In this document: positions 26,288-36,519 of the stretch, piece after piece
Position numbering within the stretch: position 1 is the first letter of the stretch
Layout: every line of letters begins with the position of its first letter
Origin: an uncultured Alphaproteobacteria bacterium
GTDB lineage: Bacteria > Pseudomonadota > Alphaproteobacteria > Acetobacterales > Acetobacteraceae
Assembly (NCBI GenBank): GCA_963848205.1
Contig: CAWKCV010000002.1
Coordinates: 195,817 to 259,816, forward strand
Length of the DNA stretch: 64,000 bases
Direction of reading: 5' to 3'
Made by a program: the position numbers and the translations under genes
Notes under the pieces: generated by a model
Database searches by the model: none
The model's input: the letters and a program-made list of their open reading frames with translations, nothing else
Told to the model about the DNA's origin: nothing

Positions 26288-27018
26288 TCCGCCCTGTCAC
26301 TTGCCTTTGCCTGCTCGCTTCCTTGGGCTCAGGACTTTATTTGTATTCCGAAAAGCACCGCACCGCGCTGCTGGACCGCGATATCGGGCGGCTGATCCAC
26401 GCGACCGAAGCAGCCCATGCCCGCACGGGCATGCTGCGCGCAGAGTGGGCTCTGCTTAACGAGCCGGGGCGGCTACAGGATATGTCGGGGCGCTATCTCG
26501 CGCTGCATCCGATGGCGCCCACGCAATTCATCCAGCTCAGCGATCTGGCGACGCACCTGCCCGCGCCGGATACGACGGTGGTAGCTGACGACGATGCGCC
26601 GGACGCGACGGCAGCGTCGACCGCGCCGGTTGTCGCAGTTGCCGCGGCCACGCCGAGCCCGATCGAGCAAGCCGCTTTCCCCTCGCATCATCCGATGCAG
26701 CCGCCGCTGAAGACCGATGCCAATTCGCACGCGGTGAAGCTGCTGGCCCATGCCGAGCCGCACCATGCGCCGCATCACGTAGCGCTGGCCGACCGGCAGG
26801 ATACGCCGCTGCATGATGGTCTGCGCCCGATGGGCACGCCGTTGCCGTTGGCTGCACCGCAACCGGTGGGCGCGCGGGTTTACAGTGCGATGGCGCGGCC
26901 GATGGGCCGCCCGCTGCCGACTCGCCTCGTCTCGGCTGTGCCGAGTTTCGCGCCGGCCGTCACGTCGTCCCTTGGCGGTGCGGGCAGCTTGCCGCCACCC
27001 GTGCCCTACGGGCGATGA
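26284..27018 (+). CDS. ftsL: cell division protein FtsL (alphaproteobacterial type) with a long Pro/Ala/His-rich C-terminal extension
   Basis: Positioned between rsmH and ftsI. One N-terminal transmembrane helix, then [15 protein letters not shown] (FtsL-like coiled region). 244 aa. ATGA overlaps at both ends. Confidence 0.7.
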   Translation: MIRPVTCLCLLASLGSGLYLYSEKHRTALLDRDIGRLIHATEAAHARTGMLRAEWALLNEPGRLQDMSGRYLALHPMAPTQFIQLSDLATHLPAPDTTVVADDDAPDATAASTAPVVAVAAATPSPIEQAAFPSHHPMQPPLKTDANSHAVKLLAHAEPHHAPHHVALADRQDTPLHDGLRPMGTPLPLAAPQPVGARVYSAMARPMGRPLPTRLVSAVPSFAPAVTSSLGGAGSLPPPVPYGR

Positions 27019-29048
27019 GCGGGCGCCCCCCTTCCACCGAGGCACCGTCGCCGGACGCGCCGCCGCCTGCGCGGCGTCGTGGCACGGAAGCCGCGCGCAT
27101 GCGTGGCACGCCGGAGACGGGGGCTGCGATGCCGCGGATGGAGACGGTGCGGATTACCGCGCCCGACCTCGCGCGGCGTGCGGCGCTGGACCGCACACGC
27201 TCGCGGCTAGTGTTCGCGGCCGGCGGATTTTTCCTGCTGTTCGGCGCCGTTGCAGGCAAGTTGACGAGTGCCACTGTGCTGTTTCCGATGGCGCCGAGTA
27301 AAGCAGAGATGCGGCCGCTGGTGCCCGACGAGCCGCCGCCGGAGACGCCGGACACGGTGCCGATGGCCGCCGGCGCACCACATACGCGCGCGACGATCCT
27401 CGATCGCAATGGCGAGATATTGGCAATTTCCCTGCCGACAGCTGCATTGTTTGCAAACCCGAAGGAGATGATCGACACTGCGGAGGCCGCGCACAAGCTC
27501 AAGCAGGTGCTGCCACGGATGGACGAAGCGCAGGCAGCCGCCCGCCTGGCGAGTGCGAAGCAGTTCGTCTATCTCGAGCGACAGATTACGCCGAACGAGG
27601 AATTGGCGATCAACGCGCTCGGCATTCCCGGCGTGTATTTCCAGCCAGGCGAGAAACGGCATTATCCATTGGGGCGCACGGCCGCGCAGGTGCTGGGCGG
27701 TGTGGATGTGGACAGCCACGGCGTGGCTGGCGTGGAGCGTGCGTTTGAGCACCGGCTGGAGACGGTTCAGGAACCGCTGCGGCTGTCTGTCGATGTGCGC
27801 GTGCAAGGCGTGATGCGTGACGAGCTGGAGAAATCCAAGGAAGAGTTCCACGCGATCGGCGCATGCGGCATCGTCATGGATGTACGCACCGGCGAAGTGA
27901 TCGCCATGGTCAGCCTGCCCGACTACGACGCGAACCAATTCGGCGAGACACCGCCGGACGACCGGTTCAATCGCGCGGTGACCGGCATGTTCGAGCCGGG
28001 CAGCACATTCAAATTGCAAACGGCCGCGATGGCGATGGATTTCGGCACCGCGCACATCTGGGACCAGTTCGACGCAGCGCACAACATACGCATCGGCCGT
28101 TTCACCATCACCGACTACAAGGGCAAGCACCGGTTCCTCTATCTGCCGGAAGTGCTTGCATACTCCTCCAACCTTGGTGCGGCTCACGTGGCACTTGGAG
28201 TGGGGCCGCTGCGCCAGCAGACATGGCTGCAGGCGATGGGCATGTTCCGCAAAGTTGGAATCGAGTTGCCCGAAGCGGGCTTTCCCATTGTTCCGCCGAG
28301 GAGCAATTGGAAAGAAGCAACCACGATGACGGTGGGCTTCGGCCACGGCATCGCCGTATCGCCGCTGCATGTGGTGCGCGGCACGGCGGCGCTCGCCAAT
28401 GGCGGGATTGTTCTGCAGCCGACCATTCTTTCGCACGATCCCGCAGATCCTCTACCGGAAGGTCGGCGTATCATGAACGCCTCTACCAGTAACACGATAC
28501 GCAAGATGATGCGCCTGGTGGTGACCGACGGCTACGGCAAGCCGGCCGACATCGAAGGTTATTTTGTCGGCGGCAAAACCGGCACCGCCGAGAAAGTTGG
28601 TGCGCACGGCTACAAGAAGCACGCCAACGTCAGTGCGTTCATGAGCGTGTTCCCGATGAACGCGCCGCGTTACGCAGTATATTTCATGCTCGACGAGCCG
28701 GTGGGCAACAAGGAAACCGGCGGCTATGCAACCGCCGGCGCGGTGAGTGCCCCGGGTGCAGGGCGTGTGATCGCCAGGATCGCCCCGATGCTCGGCCTGT
28801 TTCCGCAAATCCAGAATGAAGCAGCGACGCAGGCGACGCTGGCCATCCCGATGCAACCGGCGCGCGGCAGCGGGGAGCCGACAGGTACAGGTTCGCCTTT
28901 GGAGCCGCCAACACCCGCGCCCACGCCTGCCGCGACCGTCTCCCTGCCCGCCCCCCCTCCCACGCGCCGCGATATGCTGGCGTTGCGGCACGAAGCCTCG
29001 TTGCGCATGAGCGTGCCAGTGGAGGGTGGAAATGCATTCGCTCGCTGA
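27015..29048 (+). CDS. ftsI: peptidoglycan D,D-transpeptidase FtsI (PBP3)
   Basis: 677 aa. Transmembrane anchor, PBP dimerisation region, and transpeptidase motifs STFK (GSTFKLQT), SSN (YSSNLG) and KTGT (GGKTGTAEK). The true start may be an internal Met. Confidence 0.9.
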   Translation: MSGRPPSTEAPSPDAPPPARRRGTEAARMRGTPETGAAMPRMETVRITAPDLARRAALDRTRSRLVFAAGGFFLLFGAVAGKLTSATVLFPMAPSKAEMRPLVPDEPPPETPDTVPMAAGAPHTRATILDRNGEILAISLPTAALFANPKEMIDTAEAAHKLKQVLPRMDEAQAAARLASAKQFVYLERQITPNEELAINALGIPGVYFQPGEKRHYPLGRTAAQVLGGVDVDSHGVAGVERAFEHRLETVQEPLRLSVDVRVQGVMRDELEKSKEEFHAIGACGIVMDVRTGEVIAMVSLPDYDANQFGETPPDDRFNRAVTGMFEPGSTFKLQTAAMAMDFGTAHIWDQFDAAHNIRIGRFTITDYKGKHRFLYLPEVLAYSSNLGAAHVALGVGPLRQQTWLQAMGMFRKVGIELPEAGFPIVPPRSNWKEATTMTVGFGHGIAVSPLHVVRGTAALANGGIVLQPTILSHDPADPLPEGRRIMNASTSNTIRKMMRLVVTDGYGKPADIEGYFVGGKTGTAEKVGAHGYKKHANVSAFMSVFPMNAPRYAVYFMLDEPVGNKETGGYATAGAVSAPGAGRVIARIAPMLGLFPQIQNEAATQATLAIPMQPARGSGEPTGTGSPLEPPTPAPTPAATVSLPAPPPTRRDMLALRHEASLRMSVPVEGGNAFAR

Positions 29049-30498
29049 TCTTGCCGTCGCTGCAGGAATGCGCGGGATCGACCCCTGGTATCGTGCCCTG
29101 GCGATCACGTCGGTTACCGCCGATAGCCGTCGCGTCGTGCCGGGCACGTTGTTCGTCGCTGTGTCAGGCTCGCAGGTCGATGGCGCGCGTTTCATCGCCG
29201 ATGCCGTCAAGCGCGGCGCCGCGGCAGTTCTGGCTCGCGACGGCGTAGCCTGGCCGCATGATTTAGCAGCAAGGCCTTTTCTGCATTGCGAAGAGCCCCG
29301 CCGCATGCTGGCACGGATAGCAGCGCAACTTGCCGGGCGTACGGTCGAAAAGATTGCCGCCGTGACAGGCACGAACGGGAAGACGAGCACGGTCGATTTC
29401 CTGCGTCAGCTTTGGACGCTGGCTGGTTTGCGCGCAGCAAGCCTGGGCACCCTTGGATTGATCGCACCTGGGCACACGGGCAGCGGCGGACTTACCACAC
29501 CCGATCCGGTTGCGATGTCCGAGCTGCTTGCTGGCCTGTCGAACGAGGGTGTGCGTCACATCGCGTTGGAAGCATCCAGCCATGGCCTGCATCAATATCG
29601 ACTGGATGGCGTGAGGCTCGCAGCCGCAGGGTTCAGCAACTTGACCCGCGATCACCTGGATTACCACGGCAGTCTGGCGGCCTATCGCTCAGCGAAGCTG
29701 CGGCTGTTTGAAGAGCTGCTGCCCGCCCGCGGTGTGGCCGTGGTCAATGCGGACATGGACGCCGACACGTTGGAGGCGCTTGAAGGCATTGCCGCGTCGC
29801 GACGTTTGGATTTGCGCAGCGTGGGTGAGAAAGGAACGACACTTCGACTGATCGCGGCCGCGCCTCTGCCGAACGGTCAGGCGTTGACGATAGAGCAAGA
29901 CGGCACAAGACACGAGATCGCCGTCGCACTTCCTGGCCGCTTCCAGGCCGACAATCTGCTCATGGCCGCAGCACTCGCCCAGGCGACGGGGGCACAACAT
30001 GCGCTCGCCGGTCTGGAGCATATGACAGGCGTGCGCGGCCGGATGGAATTGGCGGCAACCCTGCCTAATCACGCCGCGGCCTACGTTGATTACGCGCACA
30101 CACCGGATGCTTTGCAACGCGTGTTGTCCTCGCTGCGGCCGCATGCCGGTGCACATCGGCTCGTGTGCGTGTTCGGCGCCGGCGGCGATCGCGACGCTGG
30201 CAAACGTGCGTTGATGGGACGGCAAGTCGCCGAACTTGCCGACGTGCCGATCGTAACCGACGACAATCCTCGCCACGAAGACCCGGCGCGGATACGTGCT
30301 GCCATCCTGGCCGCGTGCCCTCATGCCATCGAAATCGGAGACCGTGAGGCGGCAATCGCGGCGGGTCTGGCCGAACTGCGCCCGGGCGATGTGCTCGTCG
30401 TGGCCGGCAAAGGCCATGAGCAGGGCCAGACTGTCGGCAATACCACGATGCCGTTCGACGATGCTGCCGTGATACGACGGTTGGCGCATGCCGCATGA
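29032..30498 (+). CDS. murE: UDP-N-acetylmuramoyl-L-alanyl-D-glutamate--2,6-diaminopimelate ligase
   Basis: ATG 29032 lies 8 nt after GGAGGG. GTNGKTS P-loop and DNPR motif (TDDNPRHEDP). Position in the dcw order. Confidence 0.9.
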   Translation: MHSLADLAVAAGMRGIDPWYRALAITSVTADSRRVVPGTLFVAVSGSQVDGARFIADAVKRGAAAVLARDGVAWPHDLAARPFLHCEEPRRMLARIAAQLAGRTVEKIAAVTGTNGKTSTVDFLRQLWTLAGLRAASLGTLGLIAPGHTGSGGLTTPDPVAMSELLAGLSNEGVRHIALEASSHGLHQYRLDGVRLAAAGFSNLTRDHLDYHGSLAAYRSAKLRLFEELLPARGVAVVNADMDADTLEALEGIAASRRLDLRSVGEKGTTLRLIAAAPLPNGQALTIEQDGTRHEIAVALPGRFQADNLLMAAALAQATGAQHALAGLEHMTGVRGRMELAATLPNHAAAYVDYAHTPDALQRVLSSLRPHAGAHRLVCVFGAGGDRDAGKRALMGRQVAELADVPIVTDDNPRHEDPARIRAAILAACPHAIEIGDREAAIAAGLAELRPGDVLVVAGKGHEQGQTVGNTTMPFDDAAVIRRLAHAA

Positions 30499-31847
30499 CG
30501 GCGCTTTTCGTCAGCGACGATCTGACTCACGCCGTGGGCGGGATAATGACGTCGCCATTTCACGCAACAGGTGTGTCCATCGACACGCGCACACTGCAAC
30601 CCGGCGATCTGTTTGTTGCACTGCAGACTGCGACGGGTGACGGACACGCGCATGTCGCCGCCGCACTCGCACGTGGCGCTGCAGGGGCGATGGTGCATCG
30701 TCAACACGACATGCCGGATGACGCGAAGCTCATTGTAGTGGGCGATACGCTGGCGGGCTTGCAGGCACTTGGAGCCTACGCACGCGCACGTTTTACCGGC
30801 GCAGTTGTGGCCGTGACCGGCAGCGTCGGTAAGACGACGACAAAAGAAATGCTGCGGCTGGCGCTGGGAGCCCAAGGACGCACGAACGCGAGCGTTGCCA
30901 GCTACAACAATCATTGGGGCGTGCCGCTGACACTTGCGCGCATGCCACCGGACGATGATTTCGCGGTCATAGAAATCGGCATGAACCATCCAGGCGAAAT
31001 CGCGCCATTGGCGATGCTGGCCGGGCCGGATGTTGCGGTGATTACGGCAATTTCGACGGCGCATGTCGGCCACATGGGCAGTCTCGACGCGATTGCTGAT
31101 GAGAAGGCGACCATCGCACAAGGTGTCCTGCAAGGCGGCGCCGTGGTGCTTCCTGGAGACAGTCCTTTCTATCGGCGCATGGCCACACTGGCCGGCGATA
31201 AGCGGGTTCTCTCCTTCAGCATGCGCGAGTTCGACGTGCTGACGGAAGACGCACGAGGCACGCACTTCACCGGTTCGATCGCCGGCGCACCTGTGTCCAT
31301 ACGGTTGGCTATTCCTGGCCGACATATGGCGGCAAACGCGATCGCCGCCCTGACCGCGGTGCACGCACTCGGCGGGGACGTCCAAGCAGGCGCGCACGCG
31401 CTGGCAAATTTTGCGCCGGTGGGCGGGCGCGGCACGATTCGCCCCATCCTGGATGGCAGGGCAACGCTACTCGACGAAAGTTATAACGCCTCCAGTGCTT
31501 CGGTGAAGGCTGCCCTATCAGTTTTGGCGTTATTGCCGGCGCAACGGCGAATTGCGGTTTTGGGTGATATGCTGGAGCTGGGCGATTTCAGTCGCGCAGA
31601 GCACGAGGGTCTTGTCGATTGGGTGAGCGAATCGGCGGACGTGGTTTATGCGTGTGGCTCCTCGATGAAGTTTATGTATGATGCGCTGCCTGCCGGCCAA
31701 CGCGGCGCCTACGCCGAACACAGTACGAAACTTGCGCCACTCGTTCGCGGTGGACTACGCGAAGGCGATACCGTGCTGGTGAAAGGGAGCCTAGGCAGCC
31801 GCATGAACGTGGTCGTCGCTGCGCTGACAGCGATGGAGAGCTCCTAG
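30495..31847 (+). CDS. murF: UDP-N-acetylmuramoyl-tripeptide--D-alanyl-D-alanine ligase
   Basis: 450 aa. GSVGKTTTKEM P-loop. ATGA overlap with murE. Position in the dcw order. Confidence 0.9.
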   Translation: MTALFVSDDLTHAVGGIMTSPFHATGVSIDTRTLQPGDLFVALQTATGDGHAHVAAALARGAAGAMVHRQHDMPDDAKLIVVGDTLAGLQALGAYARARFTGAVVAVTGSVGKTTTKEMLRLALGAQGRTNASVASYNNHWGVPLTLARMPPDDDFAVIEIGMNHPGEIAPLAMLAGPDVAVITAISTAHVGHMGSLDAIADEKATIAQGVLQGGAVVLPGDSPFYRRMATLAGDKRVLSFSMREFDVLTEDARGTHFTGSIAGAPVSIRLAIPGRHMAANAIAALTAVHALGGDVQAGAHALANFAPVGGRGTIRPILDGRATLLDESYNASSASVKAALSVLALLPAQRRIAVLGDMLELGDFSRAEHEGLVDWVSESADVVYACGSSMKFMYDALPAGQRGAYAEHSTKLAPLVRGGLREGDTVLVKGSLGSRMNVVVAALTAMESS

Positions 31848-32933
31848 ATGCTCTACACGTTGCATGTGTTTGCGGATCGATTCTCGTTTTTCAATCTGTT
31901 TCGTTATCAGACATTTCGGTCCGGCGCGGCCTGTTTGACGGCACTTGTAATCTCGTTTTGGCTGGGTCCACGGGTCATACGCTGGTTGAAATCAGTCCAG
32001 CGCGGCGGCCAGCCGATACGTCTGGATGGACCGGAACGACATCTGATCGAAAAGAAAGGCACGCCGACGATGGGCGGCGTGCTGATCCTGGCGGCACTTA
32101 CAACCTCGACGCTCTTATGGGCAGATTTGCGTAGCGGCTATGTGTGGGCTGTCCTGTTCTGCACGCTTGGTTACGGGACAATCGGCTTTTTCGACGATTA
32201 CCTGAAACTTTCGCGGCGAAATACCAAAGGTGTCTCCGCGCGCAGCAAACTCGTTGCGCAGTTAGGCATCGGGCTGATTACCGCTGGGTGGATCGCATAC
32301 CTGACCGGCGGCACGCTCGGCACATCCGTCGCCATACCGGTATTTAAGGGCGTGTTGCTGCAGCTTGGCCTGTCTTTTCCGCTTTTTGGTATGTTCGTGC
32401 TGGTCAGCAGCAGCAATGCCGTCAACCTTACGGACGGATTGGATGGTTTGGCGACGGTGCCGACCATTATTGTCGCGAGCGTATTCGCGTTGATCGCGTA
32501 TCTCGTTGGCAATCGGGTGTTCGCCGACTACTTGCAGCTTAACCACATTCCCAATGTGGGCGAACTTGCCGTTTTTTGCGCCGCAATCGTCGGTGCCGGT
32601 ATGGGCTTTCTATGGTTCAACGCGCCACCTGCGGCCGTCTTCATGGGAGATACCGGCAGCCTTGCTCTAGGTGGCGCACTCGGCGGCGTCGCGGTCGCAA
32701 CGAAACATGAAATCGTGCTGATGATTGCCGGCGGACTGTTTGTCGTCGAAACCGTGAGCGTCATTGTGCAAGTGTTCTGGTACAAACGGACTGGGCGACG
32801 CGTTTTTCTGATGGCGCCGCTGCATCACCATTTCGAGAAAAAAGGATGGGCAGAACCGACGATCGTTATCCGGTTCTGGATTGTCTCGATGATTTTGGCG
32901 CTCATAAGTCTCGCGACGTTGAAGATCCGGTGA
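31848..32933 (+). CDS. mraY: phospho-N-acetylmuramoyl-pentapeptide transferase
   Basis: 361 aa. TPTMGG, NAVNLTDGLDGLA and FMGDTGSLALGG motifs; polytopic membrane protein. Confidence 0.95.
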   Translation: MLYTLHVFADRFSFFNLFRYQTFRSGAACLTALVISFWLGPRVIRWLKSVQRGGQPIRLDGPERHLIEKKGTPTMGGVLILAALTTSTLLWADLRSGYVWAVLFCTLGYGTIGFFDDYLKLSRRNTKGVSARSKLVAQLGIGLITAGWIAYLTGGTLGTSVAIPVFKGVLLQLGLSFPLFGMFVLVSSSNAVNLTDGLDGLATVPTIIVASVFALIAYLVGNRVFADYLQLNHIPNVGELAVFCAAIVGAGMGFLWFNAPPAAVFMGDTGSLALGGALGGVAVATKHEIVLMIAGGLFVVETVSVIVQVFWYKRTGRRVFLMAPLHHHFEKKGWAEPTIVIRFWIVSMILALISLATLKIR

Positions 32934-34291
32934 GCGAATTTCCCGCAAATATATTCTCCGGCCGACGGTATGCGGTCGTAGGACTTGGGCGCGCAGGTTT
33001 GGCCGCGATGCGCGCATTGACCGCAATGGGCGCAAGCGCAATTGGCTGGGACGATGCCCCGTTTGCCCGCGAGACCGGGCAACGCGACGGTTTCGTGATT
33101 GCCGACCCCACATCCGACATCGGCGATTTCGATGCGTTGGTGCTCTCACCAGGCATTCCACACGACCTGCCTGTGCCCCACCGCATTGCGTCTGCGGCGC
33201 GAGCCGCCGGAAAGCCGATCCTGACGGACGCGGAGTTGCTTTACCAGGCTGTCCGTGGCTCGGGTAGCCGTGCGAGATTTGTGGGGATAACCGGTACGAA
33301 CGGCAAATCGACCACGACGGCGCTCCTGGCCCATATTCTCGAGAGAGCAGGTGTATCGATAGCAGCAGGCGCCAATCTCGGACCTGCGGCATTGAGTCTC
33401 CCGCGGCTATCGGACGAGGGCGTGTATATACTGGAAATGTCGTCTTACATGCTTGAGCGCCTTGTCTCATTGCGTTTCGACGTCGCTTGTCTGCTTAATC
33501 TCAGTCCTGATCATCTTGATCGACATGGTGATATGGCCGGTTATCTACGAGCCAAACAGCAGATTTTCGCACGTCAGACCGCCCTGGACTCCGCCATACT
33601 CGGGATTGACGACGATGACGGCCGCGCGCTCGCACGTTCCATGCCGCATGCTACTCGTATTTCTGGTGAAAGTCGCGCCGATTTTTGGAGCGAGGACCAT
33701 GTACTCAGGGATGCGCAAGGACCGATTGTTGATCTTCGTGTTGCGCATGCCTTGCCGGGCAGTCATAACGCGCAAAACGCCGCCGCTGCGTGCGGGATGG
33801 CAGTGGCTCTCGGCATTGCGCGTGCTGATATTGCAAGCGGCATCGAGACTTTCGCCGGACTTGCGCATCGGCAGGAGATGGTCGCAAGTGTAGCCGGCAT
33901 ACGTTTTGTCGATGATAGCAAGGCCACCAACGCAGATGCCGCAGCGCGTGCGCTTGGCTGCTACCAGCGTGTGATTTGGATCGCCGGAGGCATCGCAAAA
34001 GTTGGTGGGATCGATTCCCTTGCACCTCTCTTCCCTCGTGTAGAAGAAGCTTTGCTGATCGGTCGAGATGCGGACATGTTTGCTGTGACACTTGCACAGT
34101 ATGGTGTCACACATCGCGTCGTGGGAAATTTGGAGAATGCCGTGCCAGCTGCCTGGAAGGCCGCGGCTGATCATAACGTCGACACAGTGCTCCTCTCCCC
34201 GGCCTGCGCCAGCTTTGACCAATATCCAGGTTTCGAAGCGCGCGGAAAGCATTTCTCCAAACTGGCACGTGCGCTAGAGGGTAGTGGCTGA
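32930..34291 (+). CDS. murD: UDP-N-acetylmuramoylalanine--D-glutamate ligase
   Basis: GTG 32930 overlaps the mraY TGA (GTGA). YAVVGLGRAGLA Rossmann-like motif and GITGTNGKSTT P-loop. The earlier part of ORF 32846.. overlaps mraY. Confidence 0.9.
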   Translation: MSEFPANIFSGRRYAVVGLGRAGLAAMRALTAMGASAIGWDDAPFARETGQRDGFVIADPTSDIGDFDALVLSPGIPHDLPVPHRIASAARAAGKPILTDAELLYQAVRGSGSRARFVGITGTNGKSTTTALLAHILERAGVSIAAGANLGPAALSLPRLSDEGVYILEMSSYMLERLVSLRFDVACLLNLSPDHLDRHGDMAGYLRAKQQIFARQTALDSAILGIDDDDGRALARSMPHATRISGESRADFWSEDHVLRDAQGPIVDLRVAHALPGSHNAQNAAAACGMAVALGIARADIASGIETFAGLAHRQEMVASVAGIRFVDDSKATNADAAARALGCYQRVIWIAGGIAKVGGIDSLAPLFPRVEEALLIGRDADMFAVTLAQYGVTHRVVGNLENAVPAAWKAAADHNVDTVLLSPACASFDQYPGFEARGKHFSKLARALEGSG

Positions 34292-35413
34292 TGGCGACTT
34301 TCTCGCGAGCGGATCAATCAGGTACTCGGGCGTTGGTGGTGGACAGTCGATCGCTGGACACTGTTCTGCATCATCTCGCTCATCGGCTTTGGCTATGTGT
34401 TGGTGTTGGCCGCGAGTCCGGCCGTGGCCGAGCGAATTCATCAATCGCGCGATGTGTTCATTGCTAAGCAGGTTGTTTTTCTTGGCCTGGCTGGCGTCAC
34501 GATTGTCGGTGTGTCGCTCCTTACGCCAAGGAACATCCGGCGCGTGGCCTTGGCTGGTTGCTTTATTGCCATAGGGCTTACTGCCCTTACGCTTGTGCAC
34601 GGTATCGAGATCAAAGGCGCCCGCCGCTGGATTGCTCTGCCAGGGATGTCGATTCAACCGAGCGAATTCCTCAAGCCCTGCTTCGCGGTCGTTACCGCCT
34701 GGCTGCTGACAGAAGGTCGTAGGACACGCGGATTTCCTGGACGTCTGCTCGCCTTTATCGTTTTTGGCATGATCCTGATGTTGCTGAAATCGCAACCGGA
34801 CATCGGTATGTTATCGGTAATCACCGCAGTGTTCTTTGCTCAGCTATTTATCGACGGCATGAACATGGCCATGGTAGGCGTGGGCGCGCTCAGCATGGCT
34901 GGTGCAGCGATTGGTGCCTACGTCCTGTTTCCGCACGTGCGCAGCCGGGTCACAAGATTTATACACCCGGAAAGTGGTGACCATTATCAGGTGGACACTG
35001 CCTTGCAAGCGTTCGGCAATGGCGGATTGCTCGGCCGCGGACCGGGCGAAGGTCGCGTCAAAGATCTGCTGCCCGACGCACACGCGGATTTCGTCTTCGC
35101 CGTGGCAGGTGAGGAGTTTGGCCTGATTGTCTGCCTTATGATCCTCAGCGTATTCGCGTTCATCGTGCTACGCGGGCTGCTTCGGTTAGTACAGGAAACC
35201 GATGAGTTCGTCATTTTAGCAGCCTCCGGATTGGTAACGGGATTCGGTTTGCAGGCGTTCGTCAACATGGCGTCTGCTCTTCATCTCATTCCGACAAAAG
35301 GAATGACGTTGCCGTTCATTTCTTACGGCGGTAGTTCAGCTTTGTCGGTGGCGCTTGGCATGGGCATGTTGTTGGCGCTCACGCGACGCCGTACACATGG
35401 AGACCCGTCGTGA
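34291..35413 (+). CDS. ftsW: SEDS peptidoglycan glycosyltransferase FtsW; reading frame interrupted by an apparent 1-nt insertion at ~34321
   Basis: ORF 34397..35413 is FtsW-like (PDAHADFVF, GMTLPFISYGGSS). Its frame stays open back to 34292 and encodes VLGRWWWTVDRWTLFCIISLIGFGYV, but has no start codon there. ATG 34291 (TGATG with the murD stop) encodes MATFSRADQS in the neighbouring frame. Confidence 0.8.
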
Positions 35414-36519
35414 GGGGGCCGAGCGCACGCCCTATCGTCATTGCGGCGGGTGGAACCGGTGGGCATTTCTATCCGGCCGAAGCACTGGCGGCGACGTTAA
35501 TTGCCCGTGGTCAGCGCGTGGTTCTGATGACCGACGCGCGCGCGAGTGCTTTGAAAAGCGATGTCTTCAGTGGGCATGAGCAATTTGTTCTGCGCGGCGC
35601 GGGGCTTGCCGGGCGCGGTGCAGTCCGAGCAACGAAAGCGGTCTTCTCGCTTGCCGTCGGCGTTTTTCAGGCCCGACAGGCGCTCACGCACTTGCGTCCT
35701 GCTGCAATTGTCGGATTTGGCGGCTATCCCTGCATCGCTCCTGTTTTGGCTGCGCGAACGCTGTCGCCGCAGCCGATAGTGGTGCTTCACGAGCAGAATG
35801 CGGTACTCGGCCGCGCCAACCGCTTTCTTGCGCGTGGCTCTGATTTACTGGCTTTGGGTTTTGCTGAAACTGCGCGAGTACCCTCCAACACGCCTTTTGC
35901 GATAGTTGGCAATCCAGTTCGGCCCGCTATACAGGCGCTCGCGACAGATGCGCCTGCCGTAGCGACACAGAAATTTACTTTGCTCGTGCTGGGTGGCTCG
36001 CTGGGCGCGCGCATATTCAGCGATGTGGTGCCCGAAGCTTTGGCAACCCTTCCGCATGAGTTGCGCGCGCGCATCGAAGTCATACAGCAATGTCGGCCAG
36101 AAGACATGGCACGCGTTTCCGCAGCTTACCAGAATGCGACGGTCGCCGTCGATCTCGCGACATTCTTCACCGACATTGCTGACCGGCTGAGAACTGCAAC
36201 GCTGATTATTTCTCGTGCAGGCGCATCTACCTGCGCTGAGATCGCGGTCGCTGGTCGTGCTGCTATTCTCGTGCCGTTACCCACCGCTATCGACGACCAT
36301 CAAACCGCCAACGCACGAGCCCTTTCCGGCGCGACCATCATCGCGCAGACTGATTTCACACCGGCCAATCTTGCAGCGTTGCTCGAGAAAATGCTTTCAG
36401 ACCCTGGCAGCATCGAGCGAGCAGCTCGCCTTGTGCACAATTGTGGGCACCCCCAGGCAGCTGACGATCTTGCCGATCGGGTAGAGCAGCTGATCACCTG
36501 CGCGGAGACGCTAAAATGA
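35410..36519 (+). CDS. murG: undecaprenyldiphospho-muramoylpentapeptide beta-N-acetylglucosaminyltransferase
   Basis: 369 aa. [13 protein letters not shown]-terminal motif. GTGA overlap with ftsW. Position in the dcw order. Confidence 0.9.
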   Translation: MRGPSARPIVIAAGGTGGHFYPAEALAATLIARGQRVVLMTDARASALKSDVFSGHEQFVLRGAGLAGRGAVRATKAVFSLAVGVFQARQALTHLRPAAIVGFGGYPCIAPVLAARTLSPQPIVVLHEQNAVLGRANRFLARGSDLLALGFAETARVPSNTPFAIVGNPVRPAIQALATDAPAVATQKFTLLVLGGSLGARIFSDVVPEALATLPHELRARIEVIQQCRPEDMARVSAAYQNATVAVDLATFFTDIADRLRTATLIISRAGASTCAEIAVAGRAAILVPLPTAIDDHQTANARALSGATIIAQTDFTPANLAALLEKMLSDPGSIERAARLVHNCGHPQAADDLADRVEQLITCAETLK

